Assembly: GCA_021613535.1 (NCBI GenBank)
Contig: CP075494.1
Coordinates: forward strand, 15,438,001 to 15,502,000
Direction of reading: 5' to 3'
DNA length: 64,000 nt
Origin: Adineta vaga
Taxonomy: Eukaryota; Animalia; Rotifera
In this document: piece by piece, positions 1 to 11,625 of the stretch
Layout of the letters: every line of letters begins with the position of its first letter
How positions within the stretch are numbered: position 1 is the first letter of the stretch
Notes under the pieces: generated by a model
Database searches by the model: none
What the model was told of the DNA's origin: nothing
Seen by the model: the letters and a program-made list of their open reading frames with translations, nothing else
Translations under genes and position numbers: made by a program

Positions 1-627
1 AACTGTCTGTAATATCACTTTAAAAATAAATCTGTCACTTGATTTATAGCAGAAAAAAAAAGACTTCATTTATAAATTATAATTGACATTAGATTTTTCT
101 ATAATTTTACTTTTGAGGGTAGCGGAAGAACAAGTTATAGAGGACATAAAGTCAGAATCAGGACAAAGAAAAGAAGTCTACAGAAAGCGTATGAACTAGA
201 ATGAACATGGGTGAATTGCACTGGTATTGTACCGTTTGACGGGAAAAAACGAAAAAAATACAAATCGTTGTAAATAATATCGAAATAGTGCATTCGAAAG
301 AGACCTAAAATATGTGTTCAAATATACTATTTTCCACACTACCAGACCGTCTGTTGAATACAAAATCGAGTTTTATAAAATTACGCATATTTTTGACGAT
401 ATTTTAACATTATAGAAATCGATACTTTTCTAATTTTTTCACTAAAAATATTCCATATAAGCATTTATATATTGATATTATATGTCAGATGAAAGCTTTT
501 GAAAAGAAGAATCTTATAAGGATACGAAAAAACACTATTTATAGATACGCAAACGTTGTTTTTGCAATGAGATGTTAGGTTAATATATTTAAATCATACT
601 AATGTCATAGTAGCGTGCCAACATTAT

Positions 628-1115
628 AACAGTGTTGATTGATCTAAGATTTATATCACAGATACATAATTGATTGCTCAACATATGCTGAAAATTTCAG
701 CTCTAAAGGTTGAGAAATCGTGGAGAAAACTATTAATATATTTCATGTACTTATGTGTGAGTGAAATGGAAATTTGATATTTTGTTTATCACTACATCAT
801 TTCAAATTTATTTTCGAATTTCTGATGGTAGCTACTTCCTTCTTAGACACGACTTTTCGAAGAGACATCTTAAGATGTCTCTTCGAAAAGTCGTGTCTAA
901 GAAGGAAGTAGCTACCATCAGAAATTCGAAAATAAATTTGAAATAATGTAGTAATAAACAAAATATCAAATTTCCATTTCACTCCCACATAAGTACTTGA
1001 AATATATTAATAGTTTCTCCACGATTTCTCAACCTTTAGAGCTGAAATTTTCAGCATATGTTGAGCAATCAATTATGTATCTGTTATATAAATATTAGAC
1101 CAAACAACAATGGTT
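628..1115. repeat. ~490 bp spacer-less inverted repeat (palindrome/foldback), centre between 871 and 872
   Basis: Centre GAAGAGACATCTT|AAGATGTCTCTTC. The arms (~628-871 and 872-~1115) are reverse complements, with a perfect core and scattered outer mismatches. Mirror ORFs 761..946+ and 797..988- are near-identical. Confidence 0.95.
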
Positions 1116-1817
1116 TAGAGAAATCATAGAAGAAATAAGGCGTTCCGTTAATTTTGATCAGGGGGATATTATATTGACGGTTGTTTTTTTCCAATTGAAC
1201 GGATGATGCAATGTTTCTTCTTTTCCTTCCAGAAAAAAGAAAAGAATTCTACGATTATTTATGTGATAAACATTTTCTCATTGTATTTTTTTGTTCATTT
1301 TTTCTTTCTCTCCTTCTTTTTTCTCTTTTTCGTCTCATCAGAGCCTCACTTGCCGTTGAAAGGTATGTGGAAGAATTAATAACATCAGTTGGAGACAAAT
1401 TGCGTACAAGAAAAATCTAACATATCTTCACAAACAACATGAGAGTGAGGGTATGAATGAGAATCTGGGCGTGGGGAGGGGTCAGTACAAGCAGCCACAA
1501 CCGATTTCGTCATTCTTTAGATGAATCATCATATGGTGTGATGTCTATAAATAATTTCAAAAGACTAGTTTTAATTAAAATTGATACTTTAAAATCAAAT
1601 ATACTTACGATATATATGCTACAAAGTAATTTAGTAAAAAAGATAAAAAAAATGACGATATGAAATAGACAATTCAAGGGATATTAAAGAAATGCAATTA
1701 ATTCAACTTGTTCATTGTAACAACTGTGTTTGTTCTCTTTTGATAAGAAATTTTATATGACAAGTTTTCCATTTTACTTCTAAATAAACGGTTATAAAAA
1801 AAACAGAGAAAAAAATC

Positions 1818-2474
1818 TTAAGCAACTTCTGCTTCATCATGTTGTTCTTTTAGTTCATCCTTTTGATCTTGTGCATTGGATAAACCTTGATTAATCCAAT
1901 CTTCAAATGATCCAATTAATTTCCATTCAGGAATGTTATGAATAGCCAAATAAATTCTTCCTGATCGAATACTTAACAAATATTGTTCAGCATAATCATC
2001 CATACCTTGCCCAATAATTAATAATTCACATGGAATAGATCCGAATGCTTTTGTATCATCTTTAGAAACTTTCAAATGTTCTTGAAAATCTTCACGTAGA
2101 TGTTTATCAGCACAAGCATCATTTTCATCCTTAAGACAATCATAGAGTTCATTAACAAAATCTTCATTATCTTTTTCGTAGGGTTTCCATTCCGAAATAG
2201 GTAATAAATCTGTTGTTGGAAGACGATAACCTAAACCATAACCAATATGTTTTCGTCCATCATGTACTTTAATAACAGCTCGAATTTCTTTCGGTAAAGT
2301 TATATTTAATTTTGATTCAAATTCTTTGATACGATCTTCATTGATACCAGTATGACGAAGATTTTGAAATTTTGGAACATGTTCTAAATTTTGATTTAAT
2401 TTTTTCCAATGTTCAGTCACATGTTGAATTAAATCATCTTCATTAGATTTAGCTTTTGTATTAGACGAAGCCAT
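1818..2474 (-). CDS. SMI1/KNR4 (SUKH superfamily) domain protein, intronless
   Basis: GINEDRIKEFESKLNITLPKEIRAVIKVHDG is the typical SMI1/KNR4 motif; C-terminal GRIY...IGSFEDWI. Start taken at MASS (2474). Confidence 0.85.
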   Translation of the reverse strand: MASSNTKAKSNEDDLIQHVTEHWKKLNQNLEHVPKFQNLRHTGINEDRIKEFESKLNITLPKEIRAVIKVHDGRKHIGYGLGYRLPTTDLLPISEWKPYEKDNEDFVNELYDCLKDENDACADKHLREDFQEHLKVSKDDTKAFGSIPCELLIIGQGMDDYAEQYLLSIRSGRIYLAIHNIPEWKLIGSFEDWINQGLSNAQDQKDELKEQHDEAEVA

Positions 2475-2996
2475 TTTTAATAAATGTGTGATGTGATTAC
2501 AAATACACACAAAGTACTGATAGATGACTCATTTTAATTTTTCTGTAAGGCATTGAATTATTGATTGGATACATCTTGATCATTCAGTGATCAAAACAAT
2601 TCATCATAGTTTTTCAATGAAGAACCATTTTTTTAGAATAGAGTTTTCATTCATATTTGTCATAGTATTTACATTATAGAAAAATCTCTAAGTTTAGAAT
2701 ACGCATAAAGAGCACCATCTATTCATTTTCTATTAGTAAAAAATCATGCAAAAGATCATTAGTGATATTTCCATCGCCTATTATGACACTAACTGTCATA
2801 TCTTTGTTGACTCGAGTCATTTCTTTTTCTATGATTGAGTAAATATTGTAATGCTTAATTCAAAGAATTTACCGAAATGTAAGAACAGAATCATCTTATC
2901 AGATGAAGACGAGTCATTGTCATTCAGCGTTATACAAATGAATCTATGATAAGATTGTTTCTTCTTTTCTTTATGTAATAACGTCATATGAGAAAC

Positions 2997-3658
2997 ATGT
3001 CTACTCAATTGAATTCGTACACGTTTTTGATTTTGAGTTTATTTATCTTTACATCTGTGAATGGATTTGCTGTCACTTGTCAATATTATCGTAAATTTGT
3101 TCTCTAACAATAAAGCTTCATTGATTGTTTTATTTCTTTTCTCATTAAGAAAAAACCTGCAGTCAATATTCTTACACTTGGTGTTGCGAAAGTAAATCAC
3201 TTTAGGTAACAAAGATAACGAATTTCATATGAAAACTTTTCGTAGGTTATCAATACTGTGGAAGTTATACCGGATCATGTTTATATTATACAACACAGAC
3301 ACCTACTACTCCGGCACCTTCTTCTGATTATTTTACCACTGTTCTTGTTGTATGTATTATCATTCCAGTCTTTGTTTGTATTATTGGTCTGAGTTGTTAT
3401 GTTCATGCACAAAAAGAACAACGGGCACATTCTTCCTCGATTAATACAAATTCTGTTCGACCACATCCATCTCGACAACAATCATCACACAGACCTTTAG
3501 GCAGTTTTTCTGTTCGATCCGTATATAATGCTAGTGAGGCACCACCAATATCCAGTATATATGAAGAAGCACCACCGTCCTATGAATTTGCTATTGCTAA
3601 TATTCCACCGAAAACACCACCAATTGTATCACCACCTATGACGGCAAATGTTGTTTGA
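2997..3658 (+). CDS. Type I membrane protein with Cys/Tyr-rich ectodomain and PPxY motif (CYYR1/Shisa-like/WBP1-VOPP1-like), 3 exons
   Basis: Hand-spliced (introns ~3091-3149, ~3192-3245): signal peptide MSTQLNSYTFLILSLFIFTSVNG; FAVTCQYYQKTCSQYSYTWCCESYQYCGSYTGSCLYY; TM VLVVCIIIPVFVCIIGL; cytosolic EEAPPSYE. Not in the ORF track. Confidence 0.75.
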
Positions 3659-4491
3659 ATTAATCTATAAATTTCATTAGATTAATCTTGAGAAACTCTT
3701 TTCTATTGACTTTATGAATTCGATAATTGATTTCATGGAAGATTCTTTATTAATTATTAAAAAAAAACATCAAAATATTCTAGTGTGTTTAAAAGTAAGT
3801 TTTAACAATGAAAACCGAATTGGTGGATATTTTTGACATAAGAGGTGCATAAGCGAAGAATTCCATTCCAACGGTTCGAAAGAACTCTATATAGAATTGA
3901 TTATTTGGATGGAAACATAGCTTCTTTCTTACGATATCAGCACAACGATCGAACGTAATAATTCAATCAAGGAATCGATTTCTTTGACATCAATCACGCC
4001 ATTTGTCACATTATAACGCCTGTATTCCAAAAAATATACTAAATGAAATATCATAATAATCAAACAAACCTTCTGATTCCAAAGAATACGTGTTCAATAG
4101 AATCAAAATAAGATTCTAGTTTGGTATTATTTCAATACTTTCCACTTGTTTCGATGTAACTGAAATTTAAAGTATTTGCCATTTTTAGCAAATATCTATA
4201 TATATATATATATCAAAGGTGCTGACCTAAGATAGAAATTCTTTCAAGTAAAATTTTCTTTTTTTTTCGTTCGTATCAACGACAAATATGTGAATTCAAA
4301 CGGTTTCATGACAACGGTCAAATCGTCAGGACATAAGAAGAAAAAAGTGCGTTAATTCACGTATTACTTCACAGATTGTTGCATCAGAAAAATATCAAAA
4401 TCTTTTATTCATCATGATAAGGTGAGTGGGTATTCATATCACAAAAAAATCTATTTGTCGACGTTAATTTTTCTTTATTTTATGTCAAATA

Positions 4492-5355
4492 CTATTCTTT
4501 AAGAATAAGTTGAAATAATTTTGATCTTCCTGAAGTTTCATTTTTCTCTTGATTTTTAAGATCTTCTAATTCGTTTAAAATCGTCTTCATTCTTTCATTT
4601 AAACTATTTGTTTCACATAAATTTAATGGAGTTTGTTTACTAAAAGTTTGATATACTCGTTCAGAAGTTGTTCAATTCGAGAATCATATTGATTTGTTGC
4701 TGCTGATTGTGTTCGTGAAACAGATGAAGAACGTTTTATTGGTTTCTTATAATGATCAAGATAAAGAAATTCATGTGTAGATAAATGATGTTTTTGTTGA
4801 GATGGATGAAGAATTTTCAGATATTCTTTCGATGATAAACATAATCGATGATTATGTGTTTTTAATAATGCCATAACCTAGAAATTAAATTTAGTTAAAG
4901 AAAATTCTCTTCAGATAAAAACTTACACTTTGAATATTAGATTTCACATTATGACTTGGTGTCGTGGATTTTCCAAGAATAAACGGAATATTTGAATTAT
5001 ATGGTTTGTTTTTACAATGTGCTCGTGATTTAATACGTAATGGAACATGTGATTCTTCTTTTGCTTGTGAAATATCAGAAGATTTTCCTGTAATTTCTTG
5101 AAAAGTATGTTCAGCTTTCTAAACAAATCAAATCAATAGAAATCGGAGTAAAGGATTCGTCACACGAACTTTTCGTTCATTTTCCAGAGTTTTGATTTTC
5201 AATGTTAATGATTCTAATGAGTCCAATAATTGATCTCGATTTGATATTGGTAAAGTAACAATATTTGATAATCGATTTGATGGATATTCATAAAATGATA
5301 TACGAGAATTCCAATGATTTTCGTTTGTAATCGTTGTATTTAATGATTCTGTCAT
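4492..5355 (-). CDS. CEP57: Compact CEP57-like centrosomal protein, 3 exons, apparent frameshift near 4643
   Basis: Spliced translation gives LLDSLESLTLKIKTLENERKKAE (start of the CEP57 coiled coil) and IPFILGKSTTPSHNVKSNIQSVMALLKTHNHRLC (resembles the conserved CEP57 PFVAGKSTSPSH..NVQ.VL.LMK.H...LC motif). The C-terminal coiled coil continues in another frame. Confidence 0.6.
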
Positions 5356-8300
5356 TATCAAAAACGATTGATGAAATATTTAATTAAAATTATCAATATT
5401 TTACTATTGTCTCTTGTTCGTTCTCTTTTCCTTCTTTGAAGAATAAGAAAAAAAGAAGTAACCGAGACGACGAGTCATCAGATGAAGAGAAATGTGAAAA
5501 AGAGAAATTGATTGAAGGATTGCTCTTGTATTCCTCGAGTAGTTAATGTTAAATAGACTCAGGTTGGTCAATGTTGAAGTATACTTTTGAAGACACATAA
5601 TTGAGAATTTGACATTTAAAGAAAAAAAAATGAAAAGAAAAGAGAAGATGAAGAATGATGACAATCATATTCAACCAAAGTCTTCTGAACAAATTGAATT
5701 ATTTATCGTGTTTTAAGAATGGGGATGTCATAGAAAGAACAAAGACACGTTCATAAGCTAAATGATGGTGGGCAAGATGTGGGTGTTAGTGTGTTTCCTA
5801 CACTTATACCGCATCCTCACTCTTCGTTCAATTAAAACTTTATTTACACAAGTCAATAAATGATAATTCATATTAACAACAAGATTTTTCTATATAATTG
5901 GTATTCAAATAGTACAATTAAATAAACTAACCTTGTTCTAAATAATCGATTTTGTAAATGATTGGATAATAAAATGAAGAAATCTATGCTAGTTTCCAAA
6001 CGAACTTTCATATTACAATAAATCTTGATTGATCGTTTCAATTAAGTTGAGGGTGTGAGTACATGATATATCGGTGTTCACATTCACAAACTCTATTCAG
6101 GAGAATCTAGCTCACTGTCATGTTTGCGTTGTATTTTGGAAACTGCTAGATTTAGTGGGCTAAGATATTGTGAAATTATGGTGATAAAGCAAATTCTTGA
6201 GAAATGTAACTGTGGGCAAAGTGTACCAAATCCAATTCTTCTTCTTCGTTTTCAATGCTTATTCTCTAGGATAGTTTCTTTTGACATCTAAGATATATTT
6301 CTATCTCGTTGTATGATCGAACATATATAACGTGCGAGAGAAACTTAAAACCAATTAAAACTAAATTTGTTTTGTCATAATGAAAAGATATTTTAATATT
6401 ATATACAGTTAGAAATAATAAGTGAGAGATTCTAATGAATTCAATCATTGATCTCAATTCGATATTGGTTTAGTAAGAACGTCTCATAATCGCTATGTTG
6501 AGAATGATTTGCATGTAAAGCAGAGGGAATAAACGGGTCATCATATGGAGAAAAACATAAGAACTTAGTGACTATCTTTCCAACAAGCTCAATTATTTCT
6601 CGCAATGAAAATAAAGAATTTATTTGTAAACATCTATTCAACTAGACATGTTCAGCACTACATTAACCGTATAAAAATAGACTTAATTAACTAAATTATT
6701 ACCACCTAACAAAAAACGATATTTCTATATAGAAAATTTGTTTTTTTTCAATCAATCTGTCGTATTGATATTCATAGTTTATAGTCTATATTTCTCCGAA
6801 TTATTTTGAAAATCAAAGCATTTCGTAAAAGGATTAAGAATTATCTTCGAATCAAATCAAAACCTATTTCAAATAAATAATATAATAACGGTGAGTATTG
6901 TCATCTTCTTCAATAAATTATTCAATGAAAATGTGATTGTTCTAAAATGGTGATTTACTTCTTGACTTCCTGAATCGTCAACTGATTTTTTAAAAACTAA
7001 TTCAAAAGAAATCAAATCTTTCTCGATATAGAACATTTAGAAGTTGTTTACTGAAGTTTGTAAATTCTCTTCTTGAACGCTAAGAATCGAATTATTAATG
7101 ACGGTTGTTGAGATAAGTAGAAAATGATTTACTTTTTTTGTTCGATTAAAATCATTCATATTCTTTACCTCTCGAATAAACTCTCAGAGTCTTCAAGTTT
7201 AAAATTTTCCTTTGATAGCAACAGCGTTTCTCAATCTACGGAAGTTCAACACCGTTAATCAAGAAAGTATGTTTTTCTTTTCTATAGAAATCGAAAAACC
7301 TCATTAATCAAAGATAGCGAATTAGAAATCAGTTTAGTATATTAAAAAGATATTTATCGTCTATTGTTCTTTCTAATGATATAAAAAGACACGTAGATTT
7401 TGATTAATATAAATGATGAGTAATGAATGAATATTATCGATCTTCTTTAGAAAATATTGAAAGACATAAATGGTGTTTTTTGTTTTTCTTTACAATTGAT
7501 TCTTAAGTTGTCGTACTTGTTCAACCAAGGTTACGATGACAGATCGAGAAAAGGAAAACTCTTGAATTAGAATAACGATCATAATAAATTTCTCATTTTT
7601 AATAGAGAAAAATCGATTCTCTGAAATGATCTTTGTTTTTCTCGTTAGATTTCTTTCTATTATTGAATATAAAACAGAGATTTATTTAAAAATTACCGTT
7701 CGACTTCTAATGACAAGAGAAAATAATGAATTTCTTTTCTTTTTATTATCATTATAATTGATTAAAACGAGATATTTTTCGATTAGTCTTTGAGACAAGT
7801 TCAACATCTAAGCAGTTATTATTCTGCTTTCTGAAAGCAAATCACCTTAGATTGCCGAGAATTTCCTTCGAATGACGTTACATTTCATATATTGCCTGAA
7901 GGTTATTTCGATGATGATGACGATTGATTTGTATATGTAGAGGGAGAAAAAAAAGAATCTACCACAGAGTTTCCTTCTCATTTATTTTATTCTTCATCTT
8001 CGATAATCAAGAAAATGACAATCTATAATCATCGTGAACAACAAGATTTCGATTGATTCTTTTCTTAGAACAGAACGATCATTTTCCTTGTTGAAAGAAA
8101 AAACAAATGATCAAATATTTTCAAGTATCTTAGAGAGAAAGAATGTAGATTATTCTTCGAGATTATCTAATCGTTAAAATAACTATTGAACAATGTAATT
8201 CCAGTCTACCGAATAGAAATTATATCGATTAAATACAATGGCCTATAGCATTATTTCATATATCAACATTTCTTGATTGTTTTTAGATATAATTATATCT

Positions 8301-8366
8301 TTAGTGATATTTTGTTTATCAGAAAATGCTCGTCGATCTAATATTATCGTACGACAAGCATCAACG

Positions 8367-8621
8367 ATGGTTTTTCTGTTCATAGAAATCGTCTTTCTTC
8401 TTTGTCAATATGTTTTTTGTAAATCTGGTGGTCCACATTATTCTTCACAACGTTCACTAGGCACAGGACATTCTGGTGGACATGGAACATCAGCTGGTAA
8501 TCAACAGAATATCTGGGGTAATTCATGGTCTTTACAGGATATGAATTCATGGTATGACTATAGTAAGTATAATTCTCTTGATAATGATGATAATTATTTC
8601 TTTATTAGTTGTTTGAAATAA
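8367..8621 (+). CDS. Possible small secreted Gly/Ser-rich peptide upstream of the nAChR gene
   Basis: Hydrophobic leader MVFLFIEIVFLLCQYVFC, then KSGGPHYSSQRSLGTGHSGGHGTSAGNQQ. A 57-bp GT-AG intron (~8552-8608) would give the ending NSCCLK*. Confidence 0.4.
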   Translation: MVFLFIEIVFLLCQYVFCKSGGPHYSSQRSLGTGHSGGHGTSAGNQQNIWGNSWSLQDMNSWYDYSKYNSLDNDDNYFFISCLK

Positions 8622-8757
8622 ATAGAAGAAAAAACAACACCTTTGACGTCGTTCTATTTCCTTTCTTTTTCTTTCCCTCTATTATCTATTTTCTTATGAC
8701 ATGAATAATATTAGTAAGACATAACGAAGAAACTTAGTTTAGTTGTTCCAACTAATC

Positions 8758-11193
8758 ATGACTAGGTCTTTTTTGTTTCTTTTCTCAATCGTATTTATTA
8801 ATTATTCTTCACAAAGTGTTCTTACCAGTTTAAAAATACCAAATAGAGGCAATACAATTGCATCATCATCATCATTTTCTTCCAAATCTTTTCAACAAAC
8901 ATCATCAATGCTCAATTCTCATCAATTTCCATATTATTATTATTTAGCTCTCAATGAATCAGATTCAATTCCTGATGAACAACGTTTAATGGCACAATTA
9001 TTAAGAAATTATGATCCATCAGCAAGACCTGTTTACAATGCATCGAATACAGTTAGTGTTGCATTTGGTATATCTTTAACACAATTAAGTGATATGGTAC
9101 GTGATTTAAAGACATATTTGTGTACTAGACCGATCAGTTAGAACTTGATGAATCTTTTCACAATATGTAAATGAAAAACGACGAAAATATGATTAATCTA
9201 TTGAAAGAAAATGACAGAAAAAGGAAAGAAAGTTTTTTTCCGAAAACTAATTCTGTTTAGTTGTAATTAGATGGGATGATATTTTTATTTCAGGATGAAA
9301 AAAATCAAATATTAACAACAAATATTTGGCTTGAACAGGTTATTTGATATATTGTTTTCCTTTTCAATCAATAAACTATATATCTAGGAATGGTATGATC
9401 AACGTTTAATATGGAATGCATCTGATTTCAATGGTTTATCAACTCTTCGATTACCATGTTCAAAAATTTGGTTACCTGATATTGTTTTATACAATTCGGC
9501 TGATGATTATACCCAAGGTTTTTATCAAAGTAAAGCTATGGTTGAAAATAATGGACATGTTTTTTGGCCACCACCAGCCAAATTTCGATCATCATGTAAA
9601 ATCGATGTGACCTATTTTCCATTCGATGGTAAAATTCTTCTTTTCTTAAGGCAAAACTATATTTTTTTATTCTAACGGAATAAATAGATCAATTGTGTAA
9701 GCTTAAATTTGGGTCATGGTCATACGATGCAGCTCAAGTTAATCTTACAAAAAGAAGAGATAATGTTGACATGACAAATTATATCCGATCGGGTGAATGG
9801 CACATCGTTCATATTGACATAAGACGAAATGATGTGACTTATCCATGTTGTCCGGGTATTTATTATCCTGATGTTACAATCTATGGTAGAAAAAAAAACA
9901 CCAAGATAATTTCTTGTTTTTGATTTTCTATTCTATTTCAGTTCATATTCGTCGTCGTGTATTGTATTATCTATTTAATATCATATTTCCTTGTATATGG
10001 CTTTCAATTCTTTCGTTACTCGGCTTTTGGCTACCACCAGATTCGGGAGAAAAAATCACATTGGGTATAACTGTTCTCCTTGCTTTCTCTGTTTTTATGT
10101 TATTAATTGCTGAATCAATGCCAGCAACCAGTGAAATGGTTCCATTAATTGAAATCTATTTAACTGTTGTCATGGCATTAACATCCCTATCAATTGTTTT
10201 AACTGTTTATGTTCTTCAACTACATCATTCGGGTCCTGTTGTTATTCCAATACCTTATTTATTTAAATATATATTAGTTCGATACATAGCACCAATAGTT
10301 GGAATGAAGAAAATTGTTCGAATTTATGCTGAAGAACATCATTTAATTGGAATCGATGATGTCTATCAAAGTTTTGCAAGAAAATCAACAAAATTATTGG
10401 ATACACCATTGATTCTTAACAATCAAAAATCTTCTTCTGACAAAGGAAATAATAAACATCGACAAGGTATTTATTCATTAACAACGGATGTTTGTTTTTT
10501 GTCGATCCTAAATAAGAAACCGAAAAGAAAAAGTAATCCTAAGGAACCAAAGATAGATGCTGAACTTCCGTTGAATAGTATTCCGGTAGAATAAACAAGA
10601 AATTATTAATTGTTTTCTTTTTAGACGATTGTTGTCATGAAGAAACCCGTTCAACCCTCGATGATGATCATGAAGATGATGATGAAGGAAAAATGAAACA
10701 ATTTTTACCCAATGTTTCAAGACTTAATGGTGATATTCGATCAAATAAACGTACGCATCAGCGTCACCATCATCATCGATCACGTTCACGTGTGCCTCAT
10801 ATTGTTCTTATACCTGAACAATCTCATCCTTTACCATCAATACGAAATACAAATTCTTCAACACATTATGAATTATTTAATTCTAATATGTATTTATTAG
10901 AAAAACATTTGAAACATTTAATTGATAAACAAAAACATGAGGAAGATCGAAATGAAATTGTTAGTGAATGGAAACTTATGGCATTGATTATGGATCGATT
11001 ATTCTTTTGGCTTTTTACAGGATTAACAATATTAAGTACAATTTTTTGTTTAATTATAATACCATTATTGAAAAATACGGGTTATATATCAGCATTAGCA
11101 AAAGATCTTCTAAGTGATTTGAAATCAACAGATTCATTGACAAATATGATGCAAGAACAAATTAAAACTAATCTATCAGGTTTACCTGAATAA
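8758..11193 (+). CDS. Nicotinic acetylcholine receptor alpha subunit (Cys-loop, cation-selective; alpha9/10-like), multi-exon
   Basis: Signal peptide; YDPSARPV; IWLPDIVLYN; Cys-loop CKIDVTYFPFDDQLC; loop C vicinal YPCC; PPDSGEKITLGITVLLAF (TM2); EWKLMALIMDRLFFW (TM4). Confidence 0.95.
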
Positions 11194-11625
11194 CACAAAT
11201 TTTTCCCTTCAGTTTTTTGTTTTTAATCAAAATGAATTGAGTTTATGTCATTTGTTTGTTTGAATCTTCTTCTTCTTCTTTCATACGCCAATAAATATTT
11301 ACTCATATCAATTATGTATTCAGAAAGCAATGAAACAATTCGATATTCGAATATGTTTACAAGTACTGTAACCTAACTGTTTTGTCCTTTTGTTCTCTAA
11401 GGATCATTTTTTTACTCGTTGATAATAGATTGATGATAATAGATATAACAAGATAACGAAAGGAAACCATGCTGTACTGTGTTTCATACTCTTATCACGC
11501 AGAGACTGAATGAAAGTGAGTTATACAAAGAATTCTCAATAGATCCGTTTTTTGAAAGAATATAAATTATAAACCATACTGATGTGCAAGAAATAACTTT
11601 TCTATTTATATAGACAGTCGAAATA

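Noticed and set aside
761-988. Two near-identical ORFs on opposite strands
   Set aside because: A by-product of the palindrome; no protein features.
1140-1170. CGTTCCGTTAATTTTGATCAGGGGGATA resembling a Tc1/mariner terminal repeat
   Set aside because: No matching partner end inside the window.
3800-4182. Possible small multi-exon minus-strand gene (MANTLNFSY..)
   Set aside because: Needs an implausible ~23-bp intron and shows no recognisable homology.
5776-5815. Imperfect hairpin GATGTGGGTGTTAGTGT..ACACTTATACCGCATC
   Set aside because: Too short and mismatched to call an ncRNA or miRNA.
6790-7160. Minus-strand fragment KKRSRREFTNFSKQLLNVLY resembling a homeodomain arm
   Set aside because: A stop follows and there is no helix-3 WFxN motif.
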